A stretch of DNA of 64,000 nucleotides from Mobula hypostoma (taxonomy: Eukaryota), in assembly GCF_963921235.1 (NCBI RefSeq), contig NC_086097.1, forward strand, positions 141,174,001 to 141,238,000, given 5' to 3'. The position numbers were made by a program, and so were the translations under genes. This document shows, piece by piece, positions 24,786-37,401 of the stretch. Below the pieces are notes generated by a model. The model was not told the origin of the DNA. It saw only the letters and a program-made list of their open reading frames with translations, and made no database searches. The stretch's first letter is position 1; the number at the start of each line of letters is the position of its first letter.

Positions 24786-26531
24786 AGAAACATCGAAACA
24801 TAGAAAATAGGTGCAGGAGTAGGCCATTCGGCCCTTCGAGCCTGCACCGCCATTTATTATGATCATGGCGGATCATCCAACTCGGAACCCTGCACCGGCC
24901 TTCCCTCCATACCCCCTGATCCCTGTAGCCACAAGGGCCATACCTAACTCCCTCTTAAATATAGCCAGCGAACTGGCCTCAACTGTTTCCTGTGGCAGAG
25001 AATTCCACAGATTCACCACTCTCTGTGTGAAGAAGTTTTTCCTAATCTCAGTCCTACAAGGCTTCCCCCTTACCCTCAAACTGTGACCCCTCATTCTGGA
25101 CTTCCCCAACATCGGGAACAACCTTCCTGCATCTAGCCTGTCCAATCCCTTTAGGATTTTATACGTTTCAATCAGATCCCCCCTCAATCTTCTAAATTCC
25201 AATGAGTACAAGCCCAGTTCATCCAGTCTTTCTTCATATGCAAGTCTTGCCATCCCAGGAATCAATCTGGTGAACCTTCTTTGTACTCCCTCTATGGCAA
25301 GGATGTCTTTCCTCAGATTAGGGGAACAAAACTGCACACAGTACTCCAGGTGTGGTCTCACCAAGGCCTTGTACAACTGCAGTAGTACCTCCCTGCTCCT
25401 GTACTCGAATCCTCTCGCTATAAATGCCAGCATACCATTCGCCTTTTTCACTGCCTGCTGTACCTGCATGCCCACTTTCAATGACTGGTGTATAATGACA
25501 CCCAGGTCTCGTTGCACCTCCCCTTTTCCTAATCGGCCACCATTCAGATAATAATCTGTTTCCCTATTTTTGCCACCAAAGTGGATAATTTCACATTTAT
25601 CCACATTAAATTGCATCTGCCATGAATTTGCCCACTCACCCAACCTATCCAAGTCACCCTGCATCCTCTTAGCATCCTCCTCACAGCTAACACTGCCGCC
25701 CAGCTTCGTGTCATCCGCAAACTTGGAGATGCTGCATTTAATTCCCTCATCCAAGTCATTAATATATATTGTAAACAACTGGGGTCCCAGCACTGAGCCT
25801 TGCGGTACCCCACTAGTCACTGCCTGCCATTCTGAAAAGGTCCCGTTTATTCCCACTCTTTGCTTCCTGTCTGCTAACTAATTCTCTATCCACATCAATA
25901 CCTTACCCCCAATACCGTGTGCTTTAAGTTTGCACACTAATCTCCTGTGTGGGACCTTGTCAAAAGCCTTTTGAAAATCCAAATATACCACATGCACTGG
26001 TTCTCCCCATCCACTCTACTAGTTACATCCTCAAAAAATTCTATGAGATTCGTCAGACATGATTTTCCTTTCACAAATCTATGCTGACTTTGCCCGATGA
26101 TTTCACCGCTTTCCAAATGTGCTGTAATCACATCTTTGATAACTGACTCCAGCAGTTTCCCCACCACCGACGTTAGGCTAACCGGTCTATAATTCCCCGG
26201 TTTCTCTCTCCCTCCTCTTTTAAAAGTGGGGTTACATTAGCCACCCTCCAATCCTCAGGAACTAGTCCAGAATCTAACGAGTTTTGAAAAATTATCACTA
26301 ATGCATCCACTATTTCTTGGGATACTTCCTTAAGCACTCTGGGATGCAGACCATCTGGCCCTGGGGATTTATCTGCCTTTAATCCCTTCAATTTACCTAA
26401 CACCACTTCCCTACTAACATGTATTTCTCTCAGTTCCTCCATCTCACTGGACCCTCTGTCCCCTACTATTTCTGGAAGATTATTTATGTCCTCCTTAGTG
26501 AAGACAAACCAAAGTAATTATTCAATTGGTC
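24786..26531 (-). mobile_element. Young 5'-truncated CR1-like LINE
   Basis: RT ORF 24873-25856 (GVPQGSVLGPQLF, FADDTK) plus upstream ORFs; (ATAGAAAC)-type 3' tail on the left; TSD TGACAT at 24780-24785 and 26532-26537; empty in paralogs. Confidence 0.92.
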
Positions 26532-28356
26532 TGACATTATCTCTGATGAGTAATATGAGTACTCCCTCCCCCTTTAATACCTGCTTCTCTGACATGTCTA
26601 AATCAGCGGAATGCCAGAACATTGGGCTGTCAGTCACTCCCCTACTGTAGCCATACCTCAATAATGATTTCAACATCATAAGTCCACACATGGATCCATA
26701 CTCTATGTGTATCATCCTTACCTACAACCGTCCTTGACTTGTAATAGATGCAACTCAGAACATGTATCCACCCTGCTCAATCTTGCAGTTTCCATTTCTG
26801 CTTCAAAACAAGAAATGCCGCAGATGCTGGAAATCCAAAGTAACATCCACAAAATCTTTCCTTGTAGTCATGACATCTCTTTTTTCTCACAACCACTTCA
26901 TTGCTGTCCTGCCACTCTGGATACCATCCCTGTTAAACATTAGGTTGAACATTTCCGAGCAGGATTAGCAAACCTTCCTGTAAGGATATTGGTTCTCTCC
27001 AGAATGGGTGAAAACTGCCTTATTTACAGAGATCCCACCTGCCCTGGAATGGAGTTCAGTGATCAAAAAACTCTGAAACCCTCTCCCATGCACCATCTGC
27101 TTAGTCACATGTTTCTTTCTTTTTAAATCTTTTTATTAATTATTATTGAAAATCAAAAAAATACATTAAAGTAGTCAAATCAACATGTCAATATATACAA
27201 TAAGAGTTAAAGTATCAAATAACTGATTAACCAAACTAAACATAAGAAGAAGAAGAAGAGAAGATGAACAACAAGAAGAAAAGACAAAATGTTAAAACTA
27301 TTATTCTTCTGGAACAAGGAAAGAAGGAAAACAGAACCCCTACTAACTAAAACAGAAAAAAGAGAAAATAAGCCCATTGGGAGCACAACCCCGGAGCTAT
27401 ACGCCATACAAGCTTCCATGAAAGAAAAACATCGATCCGCCAACCAAAACCAATTACACAAGAATCATAAGGGGACCACCTTAATTAACTCAGATCCAAT
27501 GGTAGTAGCGGGCAAAAGAACCCCACCTTTTCTCAAAGTGAAATCGAGAATCAAAAGTTCGACTTCTAATTTTCTCCAAACTAAGACATAACATCACCTG
27601 AGAGAGCTATTGTATCAAAGTGGGAGCAGAGGCATCTTTCCATTTCAATACAATCGCCCTTCTGGCCAATAATGTGGCAAATGCAATTACATGTTGGTCT
27701 GATATAGAAATACCGTGAATATGTTGAGGAATTATACTGAACAAAACTGTCAATTTATAGTCACATGTTAAAATGCACACTCTTCCTTCTTTTTTACCTC
27801 ACTACAATGGATAGCTTCGTGCGATCTCCATCCTGGAGGTCCTGTCTTTTAACTTCATACCTTATTCCGTGAACTCATTTTGCAAGTCCAAGTATCCTTT
27901 CCTGCTTATACCATTGGTATCAACATGTACTGTGACTTATCGCTTCTCACCCTCCCCCTTAAGATGGCTTTTGACTCAATTCAAGATATCTCTAATCCTC
28001 TGTACCTAGGAGGCAATATAACATCCAAGAGTCTTTTCTTGTCTCAGGTCCTCCTGTCTGTTTCACTAACCAGTGTTAACCAATAACCTCCGTTACTATT
28101 TCTGGTCTCTTCTTCCTCCCCCACCATCTTCCTTTCTGAACCAAAGAGACATACTGTGTGCCGAGACCACTGACCACAGTGGTAGGCCATCTCCCTGAAA
28201 CCACATAAAATGATACATTTGTTGACGGGAATGGCCACGGGGGTATTCTGCACCGTCTGCCAATACCCCTTCCCTCTCTTCATGATCACCCAGCTACCTG
28301 TTTCTAGCAACACTATCTCTCTATACACTACTATGAACCCCTCCATTTTCTGAGTG

Positions 28357-29517
28357 TGTCATGGTCCGGTCCGTGAAGGTCGCATTCCGCTTCACAGTCC
28401 GGTCCGTTGACTCAAGACTCCAGGCCTTCCAGCTGTCCCTTGTTTGAGTTAATCATAAGCAACTAATTCCTATCTTAGGGCTTGGAATATTCGTAGCCTT
28501 CAGGTTGAGTGTGATCCGCTGGTTTGTCTTGTCAGTCCCCCTTGGAGCAACCTGCCGATGGAAGGCTAGTGAACCATTCATGATCTCTAGGCCTGGCTGG
28601 AGGACCACCGCTTCATAGAGCCTTGTTGCCACTCGTTGGAGTAGTCTTTGCGGTACGGATTCAGCTCTTTCTTGAGCCAGCTGAGTGGCCGTCAGCCACT
28701 CCGAGCTCGGTAGGGATCCGGCTGCTTCCATAGCCAGCTGAGATTGCTGGCTGAAACGAGACTCCGAGCTTCCCTGGAGCAGAGATGGAACTGTCTGTCG
28801 TTCTGTGGTGTTTGTCTCTTCTTGTCCTCGTCTCTGTGGGGTAAGTCAGGCCGTTTCTCCGTTTCCCTGCGGGGTGATCTGTCTTGTCTTGTCTTCGCCT
28901 CCGTGGTGTAAGTCCCGCCATTCTGCCGTTACCTGACGGACAGACCTGTCCCACTTTGGTGTGGCGACGATCCCGAGCCAAGCCTCAAGACCCAAGACCC
29001 CAGCCTCGAGCCAAGCCTCAAGATCAAAGACTCCAGTCTCGATCCAAGCCTCAAGACCCCATCCTCGAGCCAAGCCTCAAAACCCAAGATCCCAGCCTCG
29101 AGCCAAGCCTCAAGACCCAAGACCCCAGCCTCAAGCCATGTCCTTGCCTGGTTCTGGGGTCCGATCCCGAGGCAAGACCCAGGTTTTGGGTCCACGTCCA
29201 GTCTCGGTTCGGAGTCCAAGCCTTGTCTTGTCTCCAAGATCAGGCCTCTGGACCTCAGCCTCGGCCTGTCCCAAAGCCATGTCATGTCCTTTCCTGGTTC
29301 TGGGGTCCAAGAGCGACGCAAGATCCAGGTTCTGGGTCCTTGTCCAGTCTTGGGCTCGGAGTCGAAGCCTTGCCTCCCAGACCATGACTTCTTATCCTGG
29401 TCCCGCTTTCCTTAGCCCTAGTCTGCGTTTACGTCCCTACTCTAGTCCAGTTCTGTTGCTTGTACATCAGTGTCTGTCTCTTGCATTTGGGTCCGATACC
29501 AGCATCCCATTGTGAAA
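28357..29517 (+). mobile_element. Solo LTR, same family as 18524-19972
   Basis: Starts TGTCATGG, ends TGTGAAA (CA mutated); TSD GAGTG/GAATG (28352-28356, 29518-29522); empty site TTCTGAATGATC in unit 1; shorter related repeat array at about 28975-29135. Confidence 0.8.
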
Positions 29518-30943
29518 GAATGATCTGAAGGTCATCTAGCACCAGCTCCAATTCCCTAATACAGTTTGTAAAGGTGGATGCACTTATCGCAGGTATAATC
29601 TCCCTAACTTCCACGTCATGCAAGAGAAGCACACCACTGCTCCAGCTTCTAATCCCACTGGTCTCTCTGTAAAACAATAAAGAAAGAAGTTAGAAGAACT
29701 TAAACTTGTAGAAGTTTATAAAATCATGAGGGGTATAGACAGGTCATAACCTTTTCCCCAGGATTGGAGAGACAAAAACTCGAGGACACTGATACAAGAT
29801 AATAGAGAAGAGATTTAAAAGACAATTAAAAGATAATTTCTGTATGCAAAGGATAGTGAGCTGCCTGAAGAAGTGGTTGAGGTGATGCATTTGTAATATT
29901 TAAGATGTATTTGCATAGGTAAATGGAAGAAAGGAGCTTTAAGGACTATGAGACTAATGCAGCTGCTGGAACTAGCAGGGAGGATGCTGTGGTTAGCATG
30001 GACGATTGGGGCCGAAGGGCCTCTATCCGGGCTCTGTTACTCAATGATTCTATGAAATAAAAAACATAAAGTTCTTAAAATACGCATATGGACAGATGGC
30101 ATCGGTGTAAATAAAATCAGAGTTAAGGGAGTTCAAAGATAGCATAAAAGCAAAATAGAGGGCAGGAAGTTTGCAAAATGACTAGGACAGATTAGGAGAA
30201 TGGACAAAAATATGGCAGATGGAACACAGTGTAGGGAAGTGTATGGCCATGCAATTTGGTAGAAGGAATGAAGGCACAGAATATTCTCTGAAAGCAGAAA
30301 CCGAATGTGCAAGAAGACTTGAGAGTGCTGGTGCAGGATTCCGAAAAGGCTAACTTGCTGTTTGAGTCAGTCGTGGAGAAGACAAATGCAATGACAGCAA
30401 TCATTTCGAGGGGTCTAGAATATATTCAGAATAGAATTAGAATCAGATTTAATATCACTGACATTGGTCGTGGAAAGTTATTTTGCAGCTGCAGTACAGC
30501 GCAATATATAATAAAATCTATAAATTACAATAAGATATATATTAAATTAAATAAGTAGAGAAAAAGAGAGCAAAGCAAGAAAAGAATAGTGAGGTAGTAC
30601 ATGTGGATTAATTGTGCATTCAGAAATCTAATCAATAAAAAGTTATAATGTTGAATCTTTATAAGAGATCGGTAGAGTGCATATGGAGTATTGTGAGTAA
30701 TTTTGGGCTCCATATCTGAGAAAGAATGTCCTGGCATCAGAGAGGGTCCAGAGGAGGTTTAAGAGAATGGTTCCAGGAATGAAAGGGTTACCACATAAGG
30801 ACGTTTGACGGTACCAGGCCTGTTCTAGCTGGAGCCTACAAGACTGAGGGTATCTCTTTGAACCCTACTGACTATTTAAAGCAACATACATCAAAGTTGC
30901 TGGTGAACGCAGCAGGCCAGGCAGCATCTATAGGAAGAGGCGC

Positions 30944-30979
30944 AGTCGACATTTCAGGCCGAGACCCTTCGTCAGGACT
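30944..30979 (-). ncRNA. Minimal type I hammerhead ribozyme (3' pseudo-LTR), with a C15.2U variant
   Basis: Minus: AGUC CUGACGA AGG gucucgg CCU GAAA UGUC GACU. Confidence 0.7.
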
Positions 30980-31271
30980 AACTGAAGGAAGAGTGAGTAA
31001 GGGATTTGAAAGCTGGAGGGGGAGGGGGAGATGCAAAATGATAGGAGAAGACAGGAGGGGGAGGGATGGAGCCGAGAGCTGGACAGGTGATAGGCAGAAG
31101 GGGATACGAGAGGATCATGGGACAGGAGGTCCGGGAAGAAAGACGGGGGGGGGTGACCCAGAGGATGGGCAAGAGGTATATTCAGAGGGACAGAGGGAGA
31201 AAAAGCAGAGTGAGAGAAAGAATGTGTGCATAAAAAAGAGTAACAGATGGGGTACGAGGGGGAGGTGGGGC

Positions 31272-34200
31272 CTAGCGGAAGTTAGAGAAGTCAATGTTCA
31301 TGCCATCAGGTTGGAGGCTACCCAGACGGAATATAAGGTGTTGTTCCTCCAACCTGAGTGTGGCTTCATCTTTACAGTAGAGGAGGCCATGGATAGACAT
31401 GTCAGAATGGGAATGGGATGTGGAATTAAAATGTGTGGCCACTGGGAGATCCTGCTTTCTCTGGCGGACAGAGCGTAGATGTTCAGCAAAGCGGTCTCCC
31501 AGTCTGCGTCGGGTCTCTCCAATATATAAAAGGCCACATCGGGAGCACCGGACGCAGTATATCACCCCAGTCGACTCACAGGTGAAGTGATGCCTCACCT
31601 GGAAGGACTGTTTGGGGCCCTGAATGGCAGTAAGGGAGGAAGTGTAAGGGCATGTGTAGCACTTGTTCCGCTTACACGGATAAGTGCCAGGAGGGAGATC
31701 AGTGGGGAGGGATGGTGGGGGGGGGGGACGAATGGACAAGGGAGTTGTGTAGGGAGCGATCCCTGCGGAATGCAGAGAGAGGGGGGGAGGGAAAGATGTG
31801 CTTAGTGGTGGGATCCCGTTGGAGGTGGCGGAAATTACGGAGAATAATATGTTGGACCCGGAGGCTGGTGGGGTGGTAGGTGAGGACCAGGGGAACCCTA
31901 TTCCTAGTGGGGTGGTGGGAGGATGGAGTGAGAGCAGATGTACGTGAAATGGGGGAGATGCGTTTAAGAGCAGAGTTGATAGTGGAGGAAGGGAAGCCCC
32001 TTTCTTTAAAAAATGAAGACATCTCCCTCGTCCTAGAATGAAAAGCCTCATCCTGAGAGCAGATGCGGCGGAGACGGAGGAATTGCGAGAAGGGGATGGT
32101 GTTTTTGCAAGAGACAGGGTGAGAAGAGGAATAGTCCAGATAGCTGTGAGAGTCAGTAGGCTTATAGTAGACATCAGTGGATAAGCTGTCTCCAGAGACA
32201 GAGACAGAAAGATCTAGAAAGGGGAGGGAGGTGTCGGAAATGGACCAGGTAAACTTGAGGGCAGGGTGAAAGTTGGAGGCAAAGTTAATAAAGTCAACGA
32301 GTTCTGCATGCGTGCAGGAAGCAGCGCCAATGCAGTCGTCGATGTAGCGAAGGAAAAGTGGGGGACAGATACCAGAATAGGCACGGAACATAGATTGTTC
32401 CACAAACCCAACAAAAAGGCAGGCATAGCTAGGACCCATACGGGTGCCCATAGCTACACCTTTAGTTTGGAGGAAATGGGAGGAGCAAAAGGAGAAATTA
32501 TTAAGAGTAAGGACTAATTCTGCTAGACGGAACAGAGTGGTGGTAGAGGGGAACTGATTAGGTCTGGAATCCAAAAAGAAGCGTAGAGCTTTGAGACCTT
32601 CCTGATGGGGGATGGAAGTATATAGGGACTGGACATCCAAGGTGAAAATAAAGCGGTGGGGGCCAGTGAACTTAAAATCATCGAAAAGTTTAAGAGCGTG
32701 AGAAGTGTCACGAACATAGGTCGGAAGGGATTGAACAAGGGGTGATAAAACAGTGTCGAGGTATGCAGAAACGAGTTCGGTGGGGCAGGAGCAAGCTGAG
32801 ACAATACGTCTGCCAGGACAGGCAGGTTTGTGGATCTTGGGTAGGAGGTAGAAACAGGAAGTGCGAGGTGTGGGAACTATAAGGTTGGTAGCAGTGGATG
32901 GGAGATCCCCTGAGCGGATAAAGTCGTTGATAGTGTGGGAGACAATGGCCTGGTGCTCCTTAGTGGGGTCACGATCGAGGGGTAAATAAGAGGAGGTATC
33001 CGCGAGTTGTCGCTGTGCCTCGGCAAGGTAGAGGTCAGTACGCCAGACTACAACAGCACCCCCTTTATCAGCGGGTTTAATAATAATGTTAGGATTAGTG
33101 CGGAGGGAGTGGAGAGCAGAGCGTTCCGAAGGAGTGAGGTTGGAATGGGGACAAGGTGCGGTGAAGTCGAGACGGTTGATGTCCCGTCGGCAGTTGGCAA
33201 TAAAGAGATCCAGAGCAGGCAGAAGACCAGAGCGGGGTGTCCATGAAGAAGAGGAGGGTTGAAGACGGGAGAAGGGGTCATCGGTGGGGGTGGAAGAGTC
33301 CTTGCCGAAGAAGTAGGCTCGGAGACGGAGACGGCGGAAGAAAAGTTCCGCATCATGGCGAACACGGAACTCGCTGAGGTGTGGGCGAAGGGGGACAAAC
33401 GTGAGGCCCTTACTGAGAACAGAGCGCTCTGCCTCCGACAGTTGAAGGTCGGAGGGGATGGTAAAGACCCGGCACGGATGAGAGCTGGGATCAGAGGGAG
33501 GGGGGAGGCTGGGGGTGTCAATGGAGAAGGGAGGGTTGGGGTGAGAGGAAGATGGAGCTTCTGAGGGCCCAGGAGTTGACGGTGGGATCTGAGGAAGACG
33601 GGGCTGCGGAGTGGTGGTGGGGGAAGGGGAGACGGGAGTCACAACAGCAGCACATAAAGACCCGGCCTGGAGTTCAAGGCTGGAGTCGCAGTTGGTGGTT
33701 GCGCGATCGCTTTGAATGTCTCCATGGTCGTTGCTGGAGTCCGGGTTTTGAATATGTCCTGAAGTGTTGGAGCCGCCGAGATCAACGGCAGGTGCCGCAA
33801 CCGAAAGTTCATGCCTGCTAGCGTCGGGGCCGGCAGGCTCTGGAGTCCGTAGATGTAAGATCTTGCGATCTTTGCCTAACATGACAAAGTCAAAGAAACG
33901 GCGATTGCAGGCGTGGATCCGACGGAGGATGAAATAGCGGGTAGGACCATTACAGACGGCGAAGAAAGTGTCCCGAAGGTGTGGAAGGGTCTGGGATAGG
34001 GACACCAAGTACCTCCTCATGGCGGAGAGCGTCGCCTTCAGAGCTTGACGGGAGAAGCGGCGAGAGGCAGAGTCAATAAAATGTGAGTACCTGGGATCCT
34101 CAGAAGGTCCAAATTGAGAGGCTTGGAAACGAATCCTAAAGCCAACTGGAGTAAGTTGGCGACGGAGGCACGTTCCAAGAAAGGATACATGGCAGTGATA

Positions 34201-34326
34201 GCGAGTTTGAGTCAAAGTCTGGTCGAAAAGTTGAAGAGCCGAAGAAATCACAGATGGGGAGCAGTGAGAGATGGTTTCACCGAACTCCCGTCGAAGAGAC
34301 GATCTAAACTTCTTCGGTGTAGGCAT
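31272..34326 (-). CDS. Penelope RT-GIY-YIG polyprotein, about 1017 aa if one homopolymer frameshift is corrected
   Basis: ATG 34326 (MPTPKKFRSS); ORF 31699-34404 has IKPADKGG, QTKGVAMG, RYIDD; ORF 31272-32174 has VIYC...LYIGET...RFAEH. The frame switch falls in the G11 run at 31717-31727. Confidence 0.85.
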
Positions 34327-34460
34327 CACCGGAAGAGGCTTCGCAGTAGTGAATTTAAACGCAAACAACAGGAATTCTGCAGATGCTGGAAATTCAAGCA
34401 ACATACATCAAAGTTGCTGGTGAACGCAGCAGGCCAGGCAGCATCTATAGGAAGAGGCGC

Positions 34461-34496
34461 AGTCGACGTTTCAGGCCGAGACCCTTCGTCAGGACT
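34461..34496 (-). ncRNA. Minimal type I hammerhead ribozyme (5' pseudo-LTR), intact core
   Basis: Minus: AGUC CUGACGA AGG gucucgg CCU GAAA CGUC GACU. Stem I AGUC/GACU, stem II AGG/CCU, palindromic ACGU in place of stem III, GUC cleavage triplet. Confidence 0.8.
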
Positions 34497-35161
34497 AACT
34501 GAAGGAAGAGTGAGTAAGGGATTTGAAAGCTGGAGGGGGAGGGGGAGATGCAAAATGATAGGAGAAGACAGGAGGGGGAGGGATGGAGCCGAGAGCTGGA
34601 CAGGTGATAGGCAGAAGGGGATACGAGAGGATCATGGGACAGGAGGTCCGGGAAGAAAGACGGGGGGGGGGGGGTGACCCAGAGGATGGGCAAGAGGTAT
34701 ATTCAGAGGGACAGAGGGAGAAAAAGGAGAGTGAGAGAAAGAATGTGTGCATAAAAAAGAGTAACAGATGGGGTACGAGGGGGAGGTGGGGCCTAGCGGA
34801 AGTTAGAGAAGTCAATGTTCATGCCATCAGGTTGGAGGCTACCCATACGGAATATAAGGTGTTGTTCCTCCAACCTGAGTGTGGCTTCATCTTTACAGTA
34901 GAGGAGGCCGTGGATAGACATGTCAGAATGGGAATGGGATGTGGAATTAAAATGTGTGGCCACTGGGAGATCCTGCTTTCTCTGGCGGACAGAGCGTAGA
35001 TGTTCAGCAAAGCGGTCTCCCAGTCTGCGTCGGGTCTCACCAATATATAAAATACCACATCGGGAGCACCGGACGCAGTATATCACCCAGTGTTCTGTAG
35101 TTGGGGAGTCTGGGGCCAAAGGGAACAGACACATTATAGAACATCATTTCAGAACAGAGAC

Positions 35162-37401
35162 ATCAAACTTCTCAACTTCACCACTCCTCTCTCCTGTTCC
35201 AACCACCCTCCCTCTGAATGCACTACCCTCCACTCTCTCCACAGTAATCACAACCTTACCATCAAACCCGCAGACAAAGGTGGTGCTGTAGTAGTCTGGT
35301 GGAAGAACCTCTACCTCACTGAGGCCAAACGGCAGCTCTCTGACACCTGCTCTTACTTACCCCTGGAACAGGACCCCATCAAAAAACATCAAACCATTGT
35401 CTCCCATACTATCACCGCCCTTATCAACTCCAGAGATCTTCCATCCTCAGCCACTAAACTCATAATTCCCACACCCCGCACCGCTCGGTTTTACCTCCTC
35501 TCAAACTCTACAAGCCTGACTGCCTCGGTAGACCCATAGTTTCCGCCCGCTACTGCCCCACCGAACTTTTATCTGCCTACCTGGACTACATTTTGTCACC
35601 CATAGTCCTGTCCCTCCCCACCTACATCCGGGATACAGCCCATGCCCTCCACCTCTTCAATAACTTCCAGTTCCCCAGTCCCGACCAGCTTCATTTTCAC
35701 TATGCATGTCCAATCCCTATACACTTCCATTCCCATTAAGAAGGCCTCAAAGCCCACCGCTACTCTCTGCACAATAAACCTCACCAGTTCCCCACCACGA
35801 CCACCACTCTCCTCCAGTTGGCGGAACTGGTACTCACACTAAATAACTTCTCTTATGGATCTTCCTACTTTCCTCAGACCAAAGGTGTAGCTGTGGGCAC
35901 TGGCATGGGCTCCAGCTATGCCTGCCTCTTCGTTGGTTATGTGAAGCAGTCTGTGCTCCAAACCTATACTGGTACTGCTCCTCAACTTTTTCTTCACTAC
36001 ATTGACGACTACGTTGGTGCTGCTTCCTGCACCCATGCTGAGCTCGTCAATTTCATCGACTTTACTTTAAACTTCCACCCAGCCCTCAAATTCACTTGGT
36101 CTATCTTGGACACTTCTGTCTCCGTTGTCGATCTTTCGGTCTCCGCCTCTGGAGACAGACTGCCCACTGACATCTTCTACAAGGCCCCTGACTCTCATAA
36201 TTTCCTCGAGCATACAGTACTTCTTCCCACCCTGCCACATGCAAAAATGCCGTTCTTTATTCCCAGTTCCTCCGTCTCCGCCGCATCTGCTCCGAGAATG
36301 AAGCTTTCCGTGCCAGGACATCTCAAATGTCCTCTTTCTTTAAAGATCGTGGTTTCCCTTCTGTCGTCATCAATGATGCCCTCACCAACATCTGCTCCAT
36401 TTCCTTTACTTCGGCCCTCACCCCATCCTCCCGCCACCACAACAGGGATAGAGTTCCCCTTGTCCTCACCTACCACCCTACCAGCCTCCGGATCCAACAC
36501 ATTCTCCTCCGCAACTTCCACCACCCTCAACAGGACCCCACCACAAAACACATCTTTCCCTCTCCGCTTTCCCCAAGGATCGTTCCCTCCGCGACTCCCT
36601 GGTCCACCCATTCCTCCCCACGGATCTCCGACCTGGGACTTATCCCTGTAAGCGTAAGTGCTGCACCTGTCCCTACACCTCCTCCCTTGCCACAATTCAG
36701 GGCCCCAAACAGTCCTTCCAGGTGAGGCAGCACTTCACTTGTCAGTCTGTTGGAGTCATCTAGTGCATCCGGTGCTCCCGGTGCGGCCTCCTCTACATCG
36801 GTGAAACCCGACACAGATTTGAGGACCGCTTCGTCGAGCATCTCCGCTCCATCCGCCACAACAGACAGGATATTCCGGTTGCCACCCACTTCAACTCTGC
36901 TTCACATTTGCATTCAGATATGTCCATTCATGGCCTCCTTTACTGCCATGATGAGGAGAAACTCAGGTTGGAGGAGCAACACCTCATATACCGTCTAGGT
37001 AGTCTCCAGCCCCTTGCTATGAACATAGAATTCTCCAACTTCCGGTAATTTCCTCCCCTCCCTTTTCCTATCCCAGTTTCACTCTGTCCCCTCCCCCAGC
37101 TGCTTACTATCTCCCTCATTGTTCCACGTGCTTCTACTACCCTTTCCACTATACTTTCTTCACCTTTCCTGCTTATCCCCTCCCTGCTTCCCCTCCCCCA
37201 CCCCTTTATCTTTCCCCTTACTGGTTTTTCACCTGGAACCTACCAGTCTTCTCCTTCCCACCCTCCCCCTACCTTCTTTATAGGGCCTCTGCCCCTTCCC
37301 TCTTCTGTCCTGACGAAGGGTTCCGACCTGAAACGTTGACTGATCGTTTAGACTGATTCTGACCGACATGCTGAGTTCCTCCAGCGTGTTGTGAGTGTTG
37401 C
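35162..37401 (+). mobile_element. Paralog of the Penelope-like element at 12339-14511
   Basis: Same ORF fragments (35090-36998) and the same flanking duplication (..TCAGAACAGAGACA / ..TTAGAACAGAGACA); retains a hammerhead motif at 37307-37340. Confidence 0.9.
37307..37340 (+). ncRNA. Minimal hammerhead ribozyme motif
   Basis: GUC CUGACGA AGG guuccga CCU GAAA CGUU GAC; core boxes intact, GUU triplet. Confidence 0.6.

Larger units (their letters stand above)
30881..35091 (-). mobile_element. Near-full-length Penelope-like retroelement (Neptune type) with tandem pseudo-LTRs
   Basis: Direct repeats 30881-31571 and 34398-35091 (offset 3517, few differences) flank an RT/GIY-YIG ORF; Cys linker CKRNKCYTC between RT and endonuclease. 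Confidence 0.95.

Noticed and set aside
34327-34404. ORF-track start (MLLEFPAS...) of the Penelope protein
   Set aside because: Non-ATG start within the pseudo-LTR/UTR; the first ATG at 34326 is more plausible.
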